Notes under the pieces: model-generated | What the model saw: only the letters and a program-made list of their open reading frames with translations | The model's database searches: none | What the model was told of the DNA's origin: nothing | Shown: one piece after another, positions 60,935 to 64,000 of the stretch | Numbering within the stretch: the first letter of the stretch is position 1 | Layout: every line of letters begins with the position of its first letter | Assembly: GCA_038087875.1 (NCBI GenBank) | Contig: CM075988.1 | Coordinates: 2,232,001-2,296,000 of the forward strand | Length of the DNA: 64,000 nt | From: Malacoraja senta | Lineage: Eukaryota | Reading direction: 5' to 3' | Position numbers and translations under genes: made by a program

Positions 60935-62589
60935 AAATTGTAATTTATTTTCCTATCTGTTACGGACTTACAGCATATAATACAATAATATTAAAGTTCT
61001 GATCTTGAGAATATCACAATTTTGAATTTTCAAGGCAGTCTGGGTGTTTATTACTATTTCTGTCACAACGATCAATTTTGTAATCAACTACAATTAGGTA
61101 ATTAACTAATTATATGCTTTAATTTCAGGTTATCCAAGTAAGATGTTTTATATTTGTTTCAGAATGCTTCAATCAATATTAAATGAAAATTTCATTCAGT
61201 TCTCTTAATTTTTAAGAAAGTTATGGGCTTTTGACTTCTCGATCACAGCTTTTGTGTTAAGTCATTGGAAAAGCAATAGGGAACAAGATGCTAATTTCCA
61301 AGTATGAAAATGGCCATAACTTTTTTAATACTGAAGGCTAGAATACTAATCTATTTAGCCCTCCCTTACATACACATTATCGAATACTATATTTTTTGTT
61401 GCTGTTTCACTGAATTATGTATATATAATTCTGAATCATATTCGGGTTATTGGGCAGTACTAGCACATACGATATTCAGAACTCTTGTCAATCGAACTAA
61501 GGTGGAAATTTGAACATATTGGGTGATTTTTTTAATTTTTGTTTATTGGTACTCCTTTGGTGACTTTTGGAGAAGCTTTCATTGAGTGTATGCAGTGACT
61601 GAAGTTACTTTATATTGAGCAATAAACATTCTGCAAGTTATAACATCTTCAAAAAGAGAAAGCTTGTGTATATGGAGTATATTGAACTTGCAGTTCAAAT
61701 TTTGGACATTTCTAATAATTTACTTTAAAACTTGGTCATAACCTTTTTCAATATTGTTTCGATTTAGGATGTTCTGATTATTGCAGTATTTATGTTCACA
61801 TAGTCAGGTTGTATTTGTAGTGCCTTGATCGTTTAATTCCTGTTTTCAGGCTCAGTCAGTTGCTAATCATTTCCTTAGTCAGTGGCCTGAAGGTTACATT
61901 TCCCTCAAAGTTCAATTGTGTGATTAGAAATTGAGGAAACTCTCTAGATGTATCCTCAAACCAGTTCCTCCATTTTGTGCCAAATCCTGATGTTTCAGGC
62001 CATGGCTTCCTGTTATTCAACAAGTAGCTGCCATAACTTAGTGGGCGCACCATCGCTGTAATTTAGAAAACAATAGGTTCATATTCCAAAGATATTTGAG
62101 CACATGATGTTGACCAATACTTCAGTATCCTGACCACGGGATGTTAAAGTGAAGACCCTTTTGGCCTCTAGTGGGTAGATAGGGTCCCAAAGCATTGTTT
62201 GACTTTTATAGAGGACTATTTGGGAATTGTGAAGGAAAATTCACTCATTGGAGGTTGTGTAATTGATATGTCTTTTTAAAAGTATTTGAAAGTCTGGATC
62301 AGTGAAACTTTCTTGCAATAAAATTCTGTTTATAGTCTCCTTCTCCATACATCCCCAAAATATTTCTCAATATTCAAAAATAGCTTAAAGCAATATTTTT
62401 GCTTTGATAACCCTTAAATTCCTGCTAGTAGGTCTAAATCAAAACCTCTGTGAAGAACTTCACCTGTCTTCCAGTGAGAAAGAATGATACATGGATTTTC
62501 TACAGTAGATTTTAGTTAAAACGGTATATCTGGCCAATTTATCTTTTATCATTTCAATACAAAATGACGAGACTAAGGTTTAGTTTAAG

Positions 62590-62900
62590 AAGGAACTGCA
62601 GATGCTGGTTTAAACTGAAGATAGACACAAAGCTAGAGTAACTCAGCGGGACTGGCAGCATCTCTGGAGAGAAGGAATGGGTGACGTTTCGGGTAGAGAC
62701 TCTTCTTCAGACTGAAGAAGGGTCTCGAACCGAAACGTCACCCATTCCTTCTCTCCAGAGATGCTGCCAGTCCCGCTGAGTTACTCTAGCTTTTTGTGTC
62801 TATCTTCGGTCTGAAGAAGAGTCTCTACCCTAAACATCACCCATTCCTCTCCAGAGATGCTGCTAGTCCCACTGAGTTACTCCAGCATATTGTGCCTTTC
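62590..62900. repeat. Palindromic Penelope-derived repeat with back-to-back hammerhead motifs and a third tandem copy
   Basis: 62614-62710 and 62712-62810 are near-perfect reverse complements. Cores lie at 62683-62710 (-), 62712-62739 (+) and 62811-62838 (+). Confidence 0.9.
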
Positions 62901-62902
62901 TT

Positions 62903-63935
62903 TAGTTTAGTTTATTGTCATGTGCACCTAGGTACAGTGAAAAGCTTTTCTTCCGTGCTAACCAGCCAGCTGAAAGACAATACATGATTACAATCGAGCC
63001 ATTAGCAGTGTACAGACACATGATAAGGGAATAGCTTTTAGTGCAAGGTAAAGCCAGTAAAGTCCGATCAGAGATAGTCCGAGGGTCCCTGATGAGGTAG
63101 ATAGTAGTTCAGGACTGTTCTCTGGTTGCAGTAGGATGGTTCAGTTGCCTGAAAACAGCTGGGAAGAAACTGTCCCTGAATCTGAAGGTGTGCGTTTTCA
63201 CACTTCTATATCATTTGCTCGAGGGGAGAATAGGGATTGGCCAGGGTGCGACTCGTTCTTGATGATGCTGTTGGCCTTACTGAGGCAGAGTGAGGTGTCA
63301 ATGGGTGAGAGGTTGTTGTGTGTGAATGTCTGAGCTGCGTCCACAATTAGCTGCAATTTCCTGCGGTCTTGAAAGGAGTTGTTCCCAAACCAAGCTGTGA
63401 TCTAGCCCGATAAAATGCTTTCGACAGCGCATCTGTAGATGTGGGTGAGGGTTGTTGGGGACATGCCGAACTTCCTAAGCCTTCTTCGGAAGTAGAGGCG
63501 TTGGTGTGCTTTCTTGATCGTTGCTTTAATATGGGTGGTCCAGGAGAAGTTGTTGGTGATAGTGACTCCTAGTAATTTGAAGTTTTGAACCATCTCTACT
63601 TTTGCGCCGTCAATGCAAACTGGGGTATGTGTCCCGCTTCACTTCCTGAAGTCAATCACTATCTCCTTTGTCTGGCAGACATGCGAGAAAGGTTGCTGTC
63701 TTGACACTGGGATACGAGGTTCTCGATCTCCTTCCTGTACTCCGATTCATCATGATTTGATATCTGGCATACAATGGTGGTGCCGTCTGCGAATTTTTAA
63801 ATTGAATTAGATTTATACAAGGCTGCACAATCGTGGGTGTACAAGGAGTAAAGGGGCTGAGAACGGATCCTTGTGGAGACCAGTGTTGAGGATTATCGTA
63901 GAGGATAATTTGTCCCCTATCCTTACTGATTGGGG
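62903..63935 (-). mobile_element. 5'-truncated Rex1/Babar LINE
   Basis: PQGSVLSP; TKEIVIDFRK; FKLLGVTITNNFSWTTHI...KKAHQRLYF.RRLRKFG...YRCAVESIL; 3' hairpin, GACAATAAA and (ACTAA)n. Confidence 0.9.
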
Positions 63936-64000
63936 TCTGTGAGTCATAAAGTCGAGGATTCACACTGACTCTCATGCAACCCGTTCCAGACATCATTCCA

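Larger units (their letters stand above)
57214..61340. mobile_element. Putative non-autonomous DNA-transposon remnant (~57214-57715 and ~60486-61340), split by a CR1 insertion
   Basis: CpG-rich left block and AT-rich right block flank the CR1. The right block contains a protein-like ORF remnant and a GGCCATAACTTTTT motif typical of DNA-transposon subtermini. TIR and TSD are not resolved. Confidence 0.4.

Overview
Eukaryotic, repeat-dense genomic DNA. The repeat mix (CR1/HER1-type LINEs, HE1-like tRNA-SINEs, Rex1/Babar, RTE, L1 and Penelope-derived repeats) points to a cartilaginous fish, probably a skate or ray; this is an inference. There is no intact host CDS and no intact autonomous element. 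The window looks like a large intron or gene desert, with one well-formed 76-bp candidate exon (21486-21561, +) and a 200-N assembly gap (28687-28886). The most informative structures are: (1) a ~10-kb nest in which a 5'-truncated L1 carries a solo LTR (4-bp TSD) and a DIRS1-like tyrosine-recombinase retrotransposon with ITRs, an ICR and an exactly resolvable ATT crossover core; (2) many minimal hammerhead-ribozyme motifs (CTGAAGA-A-GGGTCTCGACCC-GAAACGTC) in Penelope-derived repeats, including an intact one just downstream of a GIY-YIG ORF end and a ~200-bp palindrome with back-to-back copies; (3) a Spindlin/Tudor-like coding remnant inside a putative DNA transposon; (4) a two-hairpin 3' module with covarying stems, shared by Rex1/Babar LINEs and GC-rich non-coding passengers; (5) two multi-segment inverted templated insertions; (6) a 28-bp 'TIR-only' transposon with an 8-bp TSD. 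All family calls come from motif recognition by eye, not from database searches.
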